This document shows, one piece after another, positions 1-8,442 of a stretch of 27,143 bases of DNA (the first letter of the stretch is position 1; every line of letters begins with the position of its first letter). Position numbers and translations under genes: made by a program. Below the pieces are notes generated by a model, which saw nothing but the letters and a program-made list of their open reading frames with translations, was not told the DNA's origin and did not search any database. Origin of the DNA: an uncultured virus (IMG/VR IMGVR_UViG_3300046681_000127) (taxonomy: Duplodnaviria; Heunggongvirae; Uroviricota; Caudoviricetes). The stretch lies in the IMG/VR virus record IMGVR_UViG_3300046681_000127, one strand, 5' to 3'.

Positions 1-2
1 CC

Positions 3-1376
3 GTGCTGTACCACTGCGAGCGCCCTAAGCGGTGCACGCCCCGGCAGGGCCGCCAGTTGGATGCGATGCGCGCCGAAGTGCTGGTGCCCGTCTACCAGGA
101 GGACGTCGGCTACCTGCGTGCCACTCTCGCCTCACTACTGGCCCAGACTCGGCTGCCGGATGCGGTGCATGTCGTGGACGACGGCTCGACCATCGACTAC
201 GCGGAGGTGCGGGCCTGGTTCGAGCAGGCAGCAGCAGCGGCCGGTGTGGAGGTGACGTGGCAGCGGCAGGCCAACGCCGGGAAGCGCCACGCCCAGGGTG
301 CTGGGGTGCGGGTCTCGCCGAACGCCCGCGTGTACATCACCGTCGACTCCGACGCAGACCTGGACCCGCGCGCCATCGAGGAATTGCTGATCCCACTCGT
401 CGACCCGCGGGTGCAGTCCGTCGCCGGGATCGTCCTCGCCGCGAACAACCGCGGCCCCGCCCGCCCTGACTTCGTGCGGCCGGAAGGTAGTCCGACCCGC
501 AAGGCCCGGCGCGAGGCGAAGTGGGCGCACCGCCGGCGGCTCGCCGACTGGCGCGGCTCACAACTGCTGTGCCGCATCACGGATCTGTACTACGTCACCG
601 GGCAACTCACCGACCGTTCCGCCCTGTCGGCAGCGGGTAGCGTGCTGGTCAACTCGGGGGTGCTGGCCGCCTACCGGGCGGAGATCATCCGCGACAACCT
701 CGACGGCTACCTGTCCGAGACGATCGCCGGCCGCCCGGTCACGTTCTCCGATGACAGCATGCTCACCCTGTACGCGCTGCTTCGCGGCAAGACTGTCCAG
801 CAGCCGTCAGCGGTCGTCTACACGGCAATGCCCGAGCGGGTCGATCACGCGGTCCGGCAGTACCTGCGATGGATGCGTGGATCAACGATCCGTAGCCTGT
901 GGCGTCTGCGTTATCTCGAGCCGGCCCGGGTCGCGTACTGGCTGCACCTGATGCGGTGGATGCAGATGGCCGTCGCCACCGTCGTATTCGCCTACCTGTT
1001 CATCGCCCAGCCCGCCGTCGGCCACGCCCCGCCGTGGACCGTCGCCCTCGCCCCGATCCTCATCGGCTACGCGCAAGGCCTCCGCTACCTGACCGTCCGC
1101 CGCCCCGATGAGACGCTCCGATCCCAGCTCGCTACATGGGCCCTCGCCCCGCTGGCCGTGCTGTGGGCGTGGACGGTACTGCGGTCGGTCCGCTGGTACG
1201 CCATGGCGACCTGCCTCAAGACCGGCTGGGGCACCCGCCAGAACGGCGCGGAGGTGTCCCTCGCGCCCGCCATCCCCATCCCGCGCCCGGACGCCGTCAC
1301 GGCCCCGCTGAAGCTCCTGGACCCGCTGACGGACACCACGCTGGAGATGCGGCTCGACGGCCGCGGCGCCGCGTAG
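3..1376 (+). CDS. Processive family 2 glycosyltransferase, hyaluronan synthase/NodC-like; probably 5'-truncated by the window edge
   Basis: Motifs VVDDGS, GKRHAQ, VDSD, SDD, QYLRW (QxxRW), C-terminal hydrophobic helices and GWGTR. Confidence 0.9.
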   Translation: MLYHCERPKRCTPRQGRQLDAMRAEVLVPVYQEDVGYLRATLASLLAQTRLPDAVHVVDDGSTIDYAEVRAWFEQAAAAAGVEVTWQRQANAGKRHAQGAGVRVSPNARVYITVDSDADLDPRAIEELLIPLVDPRVQSVAGIVLAANNRGPARPDFVRPEGSPTRKARREAKWAHRRRLADWRGSQLLCRITDLYYVTGQLTDRSALSAAGSVLVNSGVLAAYRAEIIRDNLDGYLSETIAGRPVTFSDDSMLTLYALLRGKTVQQPSAVVYTAMPERVDHAVRQYLRWMRGSTIRSLWRLRYLEPARVAYWLHLMRWMQMAVATVVFAYLFIAQPAVGHAPPWTVALAPILIGYAQGLRYLTVRRPDETLRSQLATWALAPLAVLWAWTVLRSVRWYAMATCLKTGWGTRQNGAEVSLAPAIPIPRPDAVTAPLKLLDPLTDTTLEMRLDGRGAA

Positions 1377-1389
1377 CGACACTGGACCC

Positions 1390-1614
1390 ATGCCTGCCGA
1401 CGATTCGCCCCTGTGGAGTCTCCCGAACGAGACTCCGCGGGGGCGCCCGCTTGTCACCTGCGCCCTGTGCAGTGAGCCTCTGGAGGCGTCGGAGTCCCGC
1501 CGCTGGAAACTCGGACCGCGCTGCCGGCGGAAGCTCGGGCTGATGTCCGGGCCGGGCGTCGGACGGTTCGAGGTGCCGCAGGACGGGCTGTTCGGCGCTA
1601 TACTGGACGAGTAA
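1390..1614 (+). CDS. Small Zn-ribbon protein, DUF6011-like
   Basis: CxxC-L-x5-S-x3-LGPxC pattern (CALCSEPLEASESRRWKLGPRC). Confidence 0.7.
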   Translation: MPADDSPLWSLPNETPRGRPLVTCALCSEPLEASESRRWKLGPRCRRKLGLMSGPGVGRFEVPQDGLFGAILDE

Positions 1615-1642
1615 GCCCCGGATCACAGTCACTGCGCGAGCA

Positions 1643-1668
1643 CACTGCCCGGGGCAGTGCCATTTTTT
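1643..1668 (+). terminator. Intrinsic terminator
   Basis: Inverted repeat CACTGCCC/GGGCAGTG followed by a T6 run; a second hairpin (agcccccg...cgggggct, 1680-1706) lies between the convergent genes. Confidence 0.55.
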
Positions 1669-1721
1669 GAGCATGACGAAGCCCCCGAGTCCAGGGACCG
1701 GGGGCTGACTGTTGCGCGCGA

Positions 1722-1961
1722 CTACTCGCCAGGCGTCGGCTTCCGCGCGAGCCACCGCTGGATCCAGGCGACGGGCCGCTCATGCCACCGGGCCGCCACG
1801 ATCCCCAGCGCCACGTCGGTGACGGCCATGGCGGCCACGCTCCGGTCGGTCGCCGCGTAGACCAGGCAGCAGGCGATGGTGGCCAGCGGGATGACGGCAG
1901 CCGCGTACAGGGTGAGGGCGATGCGGAACGGGAGGAGACCCTGGGCGGGCTGGTCGCTCAC
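1722..1961 (-). CDS. Small membrane protein
   Basis: GTG start overlapping the upstream stop (GTGA), GGAGG RBS, two hydrophobic segments. Confidence 0.65.
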   Translation of the reverse strand: MSDQPAQGLLPFRIALTLYAAAVIPLATIACCLVYAATDRSVAAMAVTDVALGIVAARWHERPVAWIQRWLARKPTPGE

Positions 1962-2401
1962 GACGCCTCCTGCTGACTGGCCCGCCACACCTGCACCGCC
2001 GTCTTCCCCATCACGGTCACCGTCTGCGCGGCCTCGGTGGCGAGCTTGATGGCCGTGTCCAGGTCGAACCGGTGCGCGGCCTGCCAGGCGTCCTCGGCGG
2101 CGTTGTGGTCGTCCATCTCGACCTCGGTCTCAGGCTCGGCCGCACGCCCGTCGCGGTACCACTGGAAGCCGTAGGACCAGGCGCCGTCCAGCCCGAGGAA
2201 TGCGCTGCGGTGTCGGACCACCCATACGCCGTCGTGGCGCACTTCCAGGTGGAGCGTCCACATGTCGCCGTCGGGGAAGTCATCCGGCAGGGCGGAGACG
2301 CGGAACGCCTTCGGGGTGAGCGTCACGGCAGGCACGGCGTCGGGCTGGGGGATGGACAGGTCCCGGGTGCCGGTGAGCATCCACGCGGGGAGGCCGGTCA
2401 C
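1958..2401 (-). CDS. Hypothetical phage protein
   Basis: GTGA coupling to 2398..3024, GAGG RBS, high GC3; Trp-rich core ending HRFDLDTAIKLA. Confidence 0.7.
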   Translation of the reverse strand: MTGLPAWMLTGTRDLSIPQPDAVPAVTLTPKAFRVSALPDDFPDGDMWTLHLEVRHDGVWVVRHRSAFLGLDGAWSYGFQWYRDGRAAEPETEVEMDDHNAAEDAWQAAHRFDLDTAIKLATEAAQTVTVMGKTAVQVWRASQQEAS

Positions 2402-3024
2402 GGCGTCACCTCGGCGGTCGTCAGCCGCTCCAGCTCGCAGCGCGGGCAGATCGGCTCCCCGTCGCGCATGGGGATGTCGAGGCCGTCCCGCCCGTGCCAG
2501 TGGAAGCCGCATTCCTCGTGGCTGTAGAAGCGGCTCAGCGGGGCCTCGGTCGCCCCCGTGAGGATGTTGAGGACGTCGGCTGGGTCTACTGCGACCTGGT
2601 CCAGTCGCGCTTCGAGGTACTCGTGCACGCGCTCAAGGACGGCCCGGTCGGCGGTCGCGGGCAGCACGGTCGGCGCCGTGTCGGCGAGGGCGGCGAGGGC
2701 TTGGGGCCAGTTCTCGAAGCGGACGGCGCGGTCGTCGAGGTAGGCGGTCGCGGCGAGCTTCTGGTTCGTGATGAGGAGGATGCCGCGCTCGTTCCAGAAC
2801 GGCCCGTCGTAGTGAGTCGTGCAGAAGAAGCCGAATTGGTCGAGCCACTTGCGCACCTGCACCGGCTCGCGGGTGGTGAAGATGAACACGGCGTGCTGCT
2901 CCATGAGGGCGCGCAGGCCGTCGAGGGCGCCGGGGAGCGGCGGGTCGTAGATCGTGCCGTCCTGCCAGCCACGCGAGTACTGGTGCACTACTCCATCGAA
3001 ATCTACGGCGATCGTCATGGTCAT
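2398..3024 (-). CDS. HAD-superfamily hydrolase with C-terminal Cys/His extension
   Basis: Motif I IAVDFDGV, motif II FTTR, Lys, motif IV YLDD; AGGAG RBS; tail HEECGFHWH...CPRC. Confidence 0.8.
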   Translation of the reverse strand: MTMTIAVDFDGVVHQYSRGWQDGTIYDPPLPGALDGLRALMEQHAVFIFTTREPVQVRKWLDQFGFFCTTHYDGPFWNERGILLITNQKLAATAYLDDRAVRFENWPQALAALADTAPTVLPATADRAVLERVHEYLEARLDQVAVDPADVLNILTGATEAPLSRFYSHEECGFHWHGRDGLDIPMRDGEPICPRCELERLTTAEVTP

Positions 3025-3143
3025 TATCTCCTAGTTTGAGTTGATTCCAGTGTCCCGCGAACCGCCCCCGACCGCACCCCTGTTGACGGCATCGGTGCAG
3101 GTCGACGGGGTGATTGGGGTCACGCGGAAAGGTGTTCGGACGC

Positions 3144-3181
3144 AACACAAAGGCGCCCCGCCAGAAGATGGGCGGGGCGCC
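3144..3181 (-). terminator. Intrinsic terminator
   Basis: 11-bp stem GGCGCCCCGCC/GGCGGGGCGCC followed by TTTGTGTT on the minus strand, just after the stop of 3198..3521. Confidence 0.65.
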
Positions 3182-3197
3182 GAGGAAACGCGGCCGA

Positions 3198-3521
3198 CTA
3201 CGGCCTGAACTGCCCGGTGCACGCCAGGCATATCAGCGAGCTGCCCCACTCCGCCCGCGCCGAATCCGCAGCCTCCGCCCGGCCGTGCGTCACCACACCC
3301 CACACCACGCCACCCAGCACCAGCAGCAGGCCCGCCATGGCGCCCTGAGCCACCGCGAACACGCCGAACAGGGCCGCGCCGACCGCCACCAGGTACTGGG
3401 CTTGGACGGCCGGCGGCTGGGCGAGTGACGCCTTCAGCGGGGAGTCCGACGGGAGGGAGGCCCAGTAGTTCGGCAGGCTCTCGACGTTCGACGATCCGCA
3501 TTTGCCTGACGGACAGATCAT
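3198..3521 (-). CDS. Small membrane protein with split Zn-ribbon
   Basis: CPSGKC at N-terminus, CLAC at C-terminus, two TM helices between; AAGGGGG upstream of ATG. Confidence 0.7.
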   Translation of the reverse strand: MICPSGKCGSSNVESLPNYWASLPSDSPLKASLAQPPAVQAQYLVAVGAALFGVFAVAQGAMAGLLLVLGGVVWGVVTHGRAEAADSARAEWGSSLICLACTGQFRP

Positions 3522-3846
3522 GGTCCGGCCCCCTTGTCGCCACGGTGAGGACGCCAGGGTGGCCGGGCGTTGCGGAGGTGGCAACGGGGCGGGCGGTAGG
3601 TGTGAGCGGCGTCACCGAGGTCATGACAACAGGTTGCGCATCAGCCACGGGGACACCTCCAGTGCGAATCGAGTCGTCATCGGTGATCAGCTAGCGAGCC
3701 TGCTTGCCTGCCCGCGTTTTCGGCCTCGCGCGCGTGCGTACACGCGAAACACGGCGAGGAGGCCCGCAAGCTTTCGTATTAGCCAGCTTCGTCTTTTGCC
3801 GCCAGCTCCGTCTTTAGTAACCCCGTTGTTTGTAATAAGGCCGGGG

Positions 3847-3895
3847 TGGTGAACCCTTCATGGGTGTGGTCCTCATACTCATGAAGGGTTCACCA
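3847..3895. repeat. Perfect 16-bp inverted repeat
   Basis: TGGTGAACCCTTCATG (3847-3862) / CATGAAGGGTTCACCA (3880-3895). Confidence 0.95.
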
Positions 3896-3913
3896 GTGTC
3901 GACCTCATGGAGA

Positions 3914-4249
3914 TCACTTTTGCGGGGTGTCGTACACCGCCATGATGGTCACGAAGTCGCCGCCGTTCGGCTGCCCCTTGGGGATCCGAGCCTTCTCCCG
4001 GATCAAGTAGCCGAACTCCTCCAGCTCCGCGAATGCGAGCCGATAGGCACGCCTACTCTCGGCCCTCGCACCCCGGTGGCGGTTGGCGGTCTCCCAGAGC
4101 TTCGCCGCGTTCGTCTGCCAGCCGGGAGGCCGCGCCACGATCTCCGCGAGGACCGAGCGGGCGATCCGCCCCAGCCGCTCATCGAAGACCGATCCGTTCG
4201 GCAGCTTCACGTAGTTCGTCTTCGGGTTCGAACGGTGGACGATCAGCAC
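3914..4249 (-). CDS. Winged-helix protein resembling the N-terminal domain of actinophage replication initiators
   Basis: YVKLPN..FDERL..ARSVL..I..RPPGW...FAELEEFGYL pattern; GGAG upstream. Confidence 0.65.
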   Translation of the reverse strand: MLIVHRSNPKTNYVKLPNGSVFDERLGRIARSVLAEIVARPPGWQTNAAKLWETANRHRGARAESRRAYRLAFAELEEFGYLIREKARIPKGQPNGGDFVTIMAVYDTPQK

Positions 4250-4388
4250 GCCGTCACTCCCGTCTGGCCACAGCGGGCATTGCTCAGTACAGTCAAGTCA
4301 GCTCCTAGGTTGCGCGGATGTGGGTCCGCTGATCTGACAACGGCCGGGCGGGACGCCAAATCTCCCCGGCCGTCGGCGTGTCCGCCCA

Positions 4389-4670
4389 CTACTCCGGCAT
4401 CGCGATGTAGCCGACCTCGACCAGCTCGGCGAGGTACTCGTCAATGTCCTCAGGCAGGTAGTCGGGCCGCTTCCGGCGCTCCATCTCGGCGGCCTTCGCA
4501 GCGTCGATGTCGAAGTCGCCCTTTCGGACGATGAGTTCCCACAGCATCCCCTTGCCGCCCAGCGTCAGCCGGCGGTCGCGCATGATGGCGTTCGGGATGC
4601 CCGTGAAGCCCTCCGGGACCTCGCCCTCGGGCACGCCCTCGAAGCACGCGGGGCTCAGGATGATCTGCAC
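4389..4670 (-). CDS. Second winged-helix protein of the same family
   Basis: FTGIPNAIMRDRRLTLGGKGML...LAELVEVGYI; AAGGGA RBS. Confidence 0.65.
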   Translation of the reverse strand: MQIILSPACFEGVPEGEVPEGFTGIPNAIMRDRRLTLGGKGMLWELIVRKGDFDIDAAKAAEMERRKRPDYLPEDIDEYLAELVEVGYIAMPE

Positions 4671-4739
4671 GTTGGTTCCCTTCGATCGTCACTATGAGAA
4701 CGACCGGGCAGGCTGAATCCCGCCCGGTCGCAGGGTGGT

Positions 4740-5543
4740 TCAGGCGCTCAGTTCCTCCTGGCCGCCCGACTCGAACAGCCGGATGATGTCGGCGAGTCCG
4801 GCGTAGATCTGCTCCAAGAGCGGTCGGTCCTCCTCGGAGTACACGACCACCTTGTCGATCCGGGAGCCGGCCGGGCCCGGGATCTTCTCGGGGCGGCGGC
4901 CGTGCAGCTTCAAGTACGCGTTCGAGACGCGCGAGCCGAATCCGGACTGGAACTTCGTCACCGTCGCGGGCTTGTGGCCCTTCTCGGCCAGGAACGTCGC
5001 GGCGTACAGCGGGGTCTCTGACGGGTCGAGCTCCGGGCGCTCACCCATGGCGCGGGCGACGATCACCTTCGCCGTGGCGGTCACGTAGAGCGCGGGGAGC
5101 AGCGGACTCAGGATCACGAGGAGCTCGGCCTGCGCGCGCGGTGGCTGCACGCCCATCAGGGAGGAGTTGAGTTCCTTCGGCGTCTCGGGTGGCGCGACCT
5201 CGAAGCGGCCGTTCTTGCGGATCTGCGGTATCACCTCGTGCGTGATCCACCGCTTGAACGCTTTCGCCTGCGGCTTCCGCGACCGCAGGATCAGCGAGTA
5301 CAGGCCCGGCTCATTCACCGTGACCATGTCCTGCGAGCCGCCGGGGGTGTCCATGGCGTGGACCCCCTTCTCGTCGTCGTCCAGGAGGGCGAGCGAGGAG
5401 CGCATGTTGCCCAGTTCCAGGGCATCGCCGATGTCGCGGGCGACCCACCAGGGATCACCTTCGACCATCAGAGACCGCACGGTCTGCGCGGTCTCGGGGA
5501 ACACGTACACCAGCGGTGCGCTGGTGGATGGGACCATAGGCAT
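4740..5543 (-). CDS. Bro-N domain phage antirepressor
   Basis: GDPWWVARD...DEKG...TPGG.Q...VNEPGLYSLILRSRKPQAKAFKRWITHEVIPQIRKNG; start set at the ATG after GGAG. Confidence 0.92.
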   Translation of the reverse strand: MPMVPSTSAPLVYVFPETAQTVRSLMVEGDPWWVARDIGDALELGNMRSSLALLDDDEKGVHAMDTPGGSQDMVTVNEPGLYSLILRSRKPQAKAFKRWITHEVIPQIRKNGRFEVAPPETPKELNSSLMGVQPPRAQAELLVILSPLLPALYVTATAKVIVARAMGERPELDPSETPLYAATFLAEKGHKPATVTKFQSGFGSRVSNAYLKLHGRRPEKIPGPAGSRIDKVVVYSEEDRPLLEQIYAGLADIIRLFESGGQEELSA

Positions 5544-5629
5544 GGTCCACTCCGATCTGTTGCTGACAGAGGGGTTGCTGGACAGGGGCCCGCCTCGTAC
5601 TTGGCCGTTCTGGGGCGGGCCCACCGCTA

Positions 5630-5710
5630 TGAAGTTACACTATTCGGGATGCAACTCAAGTCAAGACGATGCAACTACGTGTGGAAGTTGCCGCCCGAAT
5701 CTGGCACTAT
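5630..5710. promoter_or_regulatory. Divergent promoter/operator region of a repressor switch
   Basis: GATGCAACT direct repeat (5648, 5668), GCAACT-N9-AGTTGC inverted repeat (5671-5691), TTGACT-N16-TAGTGT on the minus strand. Confidence 0.6.
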
Positions 5711-6152
5711 GAGTCCCATGGACGCCGACCAGCAGGACACGCCACTCAACCGCCTTGCCGCCATCGCGAGGACGCGACGACACGAACTCGGCATGTCGAT
5801 CAATGCCCTGGCTGCGGCGGCCGGCACCTCCGTCAACACCTACCGCCGCATTGAACGAGGCGAGTTCGCCAGAGAAATTGGCTACATGAAGATCGAGCCC
5901 GTTCTCGGCTGGGCCCCTGGGTCGATCTCCGACATCCTCAAGGGCGCCCCCGGTCCGACCCTGATCGAAGATGAATCCGAAGAGGTCACCTACACCGAAG
6001 TCCCCAAGCGCGTCCTCGAAGACGAGGACATCGCCCAGGCGGTAACCAGTGCCGTAGTTGCCTCGACTGACACCCTCACGATCGCGCAGGTCCGGGAAAT
6101 CACCGCCCATGCAGTGGCCGAACTGAAACGCCGAGGGCTTCTCGGGGAGTGA
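5709..6152 (+). CDS. XRE-family HTH repressor (alternative, possibly leaderless, start at 5718)
   Basis: RRHELGMSINALAAAAGTSVNTYRRIERG HTH and LGWAPGS motif typical of actinophage repressors; divergent from Bro-N gene. Confidence 0.88.
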   Translation: MSPMDADQQDTPLNRLAAIARTRRHELGMSINALAAAAGTSVNTYRRIERGEFAREIGYMKIEPVLGWAPGSISDILKGAPGPTLIEDESEEVTYTEVPKRVLEDEDIAQAVTSAVVASTDTLTIAQVREITAHAVAELKRRGLLGE

Positions 6153-6169
6153 TGTGCGTCAAGGATGCA

Positions 6170-6202
6170 AGGGCCGGGAGATCTGGACGATCTCCCGGCC
6201 CT
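6170..6202. terminator. Bidirectional terminator-like hairpin
   Basis: 14-bp perfect stem AGGGCCGGGAGATC/GATCTCCCGGCCCT between convergent genes. Confidence 0.7.
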
Positions 6203-6209
6203 CGTCGTG

Positions 6210-6629
6210 CTACGCCTCCGCGAGTAGCCCGGTGAGCGCCCGCACCCGCTGGGCGTGGGCCTCAAGGCCGACAGCCACGGACTCGGCGAGTGCGGCGTCC
6301 AGCGGCATGCAGTCGCCGTTCGACGAGACGAGCGAGAGGTACGGGGCGCGCTCCGCCGGCTTCTCGGAGAACGGCCACGAGGTGAGCTGCACCGTGACGG
6401 CCGCCTCCGCACCGTTCAGACCGGGGAGCGTGAGCGCCACCTCCGCGCCCTGGTGCTGGATGTCCTCAAGCACGACGACCGCGTCACCGTTGCAGCCGGT
6501 GCACCACTCGGGGTCCTCGATGCGGACCGGGGAACCGCAGACCGTGATCGTCACCCAGCGCAGGGGCGGCGTGACCGGAGCCACGGGGGCAGGGATGAGG
6601 GTAGATACTTCGGCGGTACGCTGAGACAC
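6210..6629 (-). CDS. DUF6907-like protein
   Basis: DPEWC...EDIQH motif, AAGGAG RBS before GTG. Confidence 0.65.
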   Translation of the reverse strand: MSQRTAEVSTLIPAPVAPVTPPLRWVTITVCGSPVRIEDPEWCTGCNGDAVVVLEDIQHQGAEVALTLPGLNGAEAAVTVQLTSWPFSEKPAERAPYLSLVSSNGDCMPLDAALAESVAVGLEAHAQRVRALTGLLAEA

Positions 6630-6731
6630 AGAGGTCTCCTTCCGTGAAGGGTGGGAACTTCTTGATCAGCGGCGGGAACCGCTGGTCTCTCGGCCGATCG
6701 GGCTTCCATCCCGGTCGGCCGTTCTGCTGCC

Positions 6732-7559
6732 TCAGATGAAACGGCAGAAGGCTGCAGTGGCGTCGTCGTAGGTTTTCGTCCGCGGCCACTTTGTGCAGGT
6801 CGGGTCTTCGTCTTCGGCGGCCCGAACCTGCCGGATCAGTTCGGCCGGCCCGTGCAGGTCGAGGGTGTCGAGTAGCTCATCCCAGGTGGCGAGGCCGAAG
6901 TCGTGGAGTCGTGTCGCGCCGTCGGTGAGGACTGCTGCGCGGCGGATGTGGCGGACGCGGCCGGTCACGGCGTGCGCTGCGGCCTCCGGGTCAGTGGACG
7001 CGATCCAGTACCCGCCGGGGACGTTCCGCGCCGCCCGCCGTTCCGCGATCATCGCCCGGCGCCGCTCCGCATGGGTCGCGTCATTGGTCGCCGTGGCCAG
7101 CACTACGCCCGCCAGCTCGACGGCCGTCGCATCCACGCGCGAGTCCTGGATGACCTGCATGCCCTGGAGGGTGTCCAGGATGACCGCCGAGTCCGACAGC
7201 ACCAGGTATTCCACCAGTCCGAACGACCGCAGGATGGCCACGGTCGAGGCTGGCGTGCCCGGGTGGGTGAGGTCGCAGGTGTCGGCGTGCAGGGCGCTCA
7301 CCTCCGCGATGCTCTCGGCGAGCAGGTCGGCGAGAGGGGTGCGGTCCTGCGATTCGGTGCCGACCTTGACCAGGAGACGGGTCCCGAGCTGCTGCACGTA
7401 CCAGGGCGTGCCGTGTGCGCACCCGGTCTCCATCCCGGCAGGGACGGACACGCCGTCGAGGACAACCACGGCGTGCGCGGTGGCGGCTACGAAGTCCTCA
7501 CCTAGGAGTCGGCCGCCGCGAGGGCTGGGGCGGGTCGCGAACTGAATATCTTTGAACAT
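6732..7559 (-). CDS. PP2C-like (PPM) phosphatase
   Basis: GED, VVLDG, PAST, LSDS, VLTDG and DDATA motifs; ATG 2 nt after the upstream stop. Confidence 0.88.
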   Translation of the reverse strand: MFKDIQFATRPSPRGGRLLGEDFVAATAHAVVVLDGVSVPAGMETGCAHGTPWYVQQLGTRLLVKVGTESQDRTPLADLLAESIAEVSALHADTCDLTHPGTPASTVAILRSFGLVEYLVLSDSAVILDTLQGMQVIQDSRVDATAVELAGVVLATATNDATHAERRRAMIAERRAARNVPGGYWIASTDPEAAAHAVTGRVRHIRRAAVLTDGATRLHDFGLATWDELLDTLDLHGPAELIRQVRAAEDEDPTCTKWPRTKTYDDATAAFCRFI

Positions 7560-7561
7560 CC

Positions 7562-8392
7562 TCAGCTCCCGTGGCGATAGATCGGCGAGATCAGGTTGGC
7601 TGACGTGACGCGCAGAGACTCGGCGTCGTAGGCGCATTCGACGAGGGCGGAGAAGCGCTTCGTCTTGACCTTGTGGTACAGGTCCGGCAGTGATGTTTCG
7701 AGGTAGGCCACGGCCCCTTGCGTTCCTGTGGCGTGGATCCCTGCGCAGATGAGGAAGGTGCCGCGACCGTCCGGGCGGGGCAGCCGGCCGATGTAGCCGA
7801 TGTCGCGTGGCTCGCCGTCGTCGCGGAGCGCTCGGTAGTCCACGCCAGCGGTGTGGTCCCGCACGTACCAGAGTCCGGCGTCGTCCTTGTGGAAGCGCAG
7901 GTGTGGGTCACCGTCGAGGATCTGGCCGACCAGCGGGAACAGGCGCGGCCCGGCCAGGATGACCAGGTTCTCCTTGTTGAGCTCGACGATCCCAGGTGGC
8001 GGGACGTACTCCTCCGTGGAACTCAGTTGGTAGTCGGAGGCCAGTTTGCCCAATCGGTTCGCGGCGATCGTCGTCTCCTGTGCGACGACCGGGCGCCCCT
8101 TGCCCTCCTCGCGCTTCTGCCCGATGACGATCGTCAACAGGCCGTCGCCAAGGAACGCCCGCTCGGGGGACGGGCCAGCCTTGAGGAGCTGACCAATACG
8201 CCCGCGGGTGACACCGAGCAGTTCGGCAACCTCTGTCTGCTTCATGCCTTGCGTGAGTTCAGCCAGGGCCTCGCGGCGAATGCGGGCGAGCTCGTCGATC
8301 GCATCCTGGCGTGCGCCCATCAGGCTTATCGCCTTCTTGGCTCGCTTTAGGGGATCGGGCTCGTCTCGCAGGGCCCTGACTTCGGGATCCAA
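7562..8392 (-). CDS. Transcriptional regulator: sigma-70 region 4-like HTH plus C-terminal alpha/beta putative ligand-binding domain
   Basis: GMKQTEVAELLGVTRGRIGQLL HTH; C-terminal NLVILAGP...DIGYIGRLPRP...LICAGIHATGTQGA; AAGGAG RBS before TTG. Confidence 0.8.
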   Translation of the reverse strand: MDPEVRALRDEPDPLKRAKKAISLMGARQDAIDELARIRREALAELTQGMKQTEVAELLGVTRGRIGQLLKAGPSPERAFLGDGLLTIVIGQKREEGKGRPVVAQETTIAANRLGKLASDYQLSSTEEYVPPPGIVELNKENLVILAGPRLFPLVGQILDGDPHLRFHKDDAGLWYVRDHTAGVDYRALRDDGEPRDIGYIGRLPRPDGRGTFLICAGIHATGTQGAVAYLETSLPDLYHKVKTKRFSALVECAYDAESLRVTSANLISPIYRHGS

Positions 8393-8413
8393 CTCACTCT
8401 CCTTCGTTGTTGG

Positions 8414-8442
8414 TTGACAAGACCGTAGCTCCCCCCTACCGT
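8414..8442 (+). promoter_or_regulatory. Housekeeping-sigma (HrdB-type) promoter of the transfer operon
   Basis: TTGACA (8414-8419), 17-nt spacer, TACCGT (8437-8442). Confidence 0.75.

Noticed and set aside
3031..3648. 205-aa minus-strand ORF with a strong GGAGG RBS
   Set aside because: Overlaps the better-supported 3198..3521 gene in another frame, runs through a terminator and reads as off-frame low-complexity sequence; at most the 5' part is a remnant
3914..3920. Possible -1 frameshift at A-AAG just before the stop of the wHTH gene, with a downstream hairpin
   Set aside because: The -1 frame closes after about 12 codons, the +1 frame after about 35, and frame 0 has further stops, so no long fusion results
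5238..5708. N-terminal extensions of the repressor (from 5238) and the Bro-N protein (from 5624)
   Set aside because: The extensions overlap the opposite gene or the promoter and hairpin region; downstream starts fit the domain boundaries better
7562..8392. Sigma factor call for the region-4-like HTH protein
   Set aside because: No region 2; the HTH is N-terminal and followed by an unrelated domain
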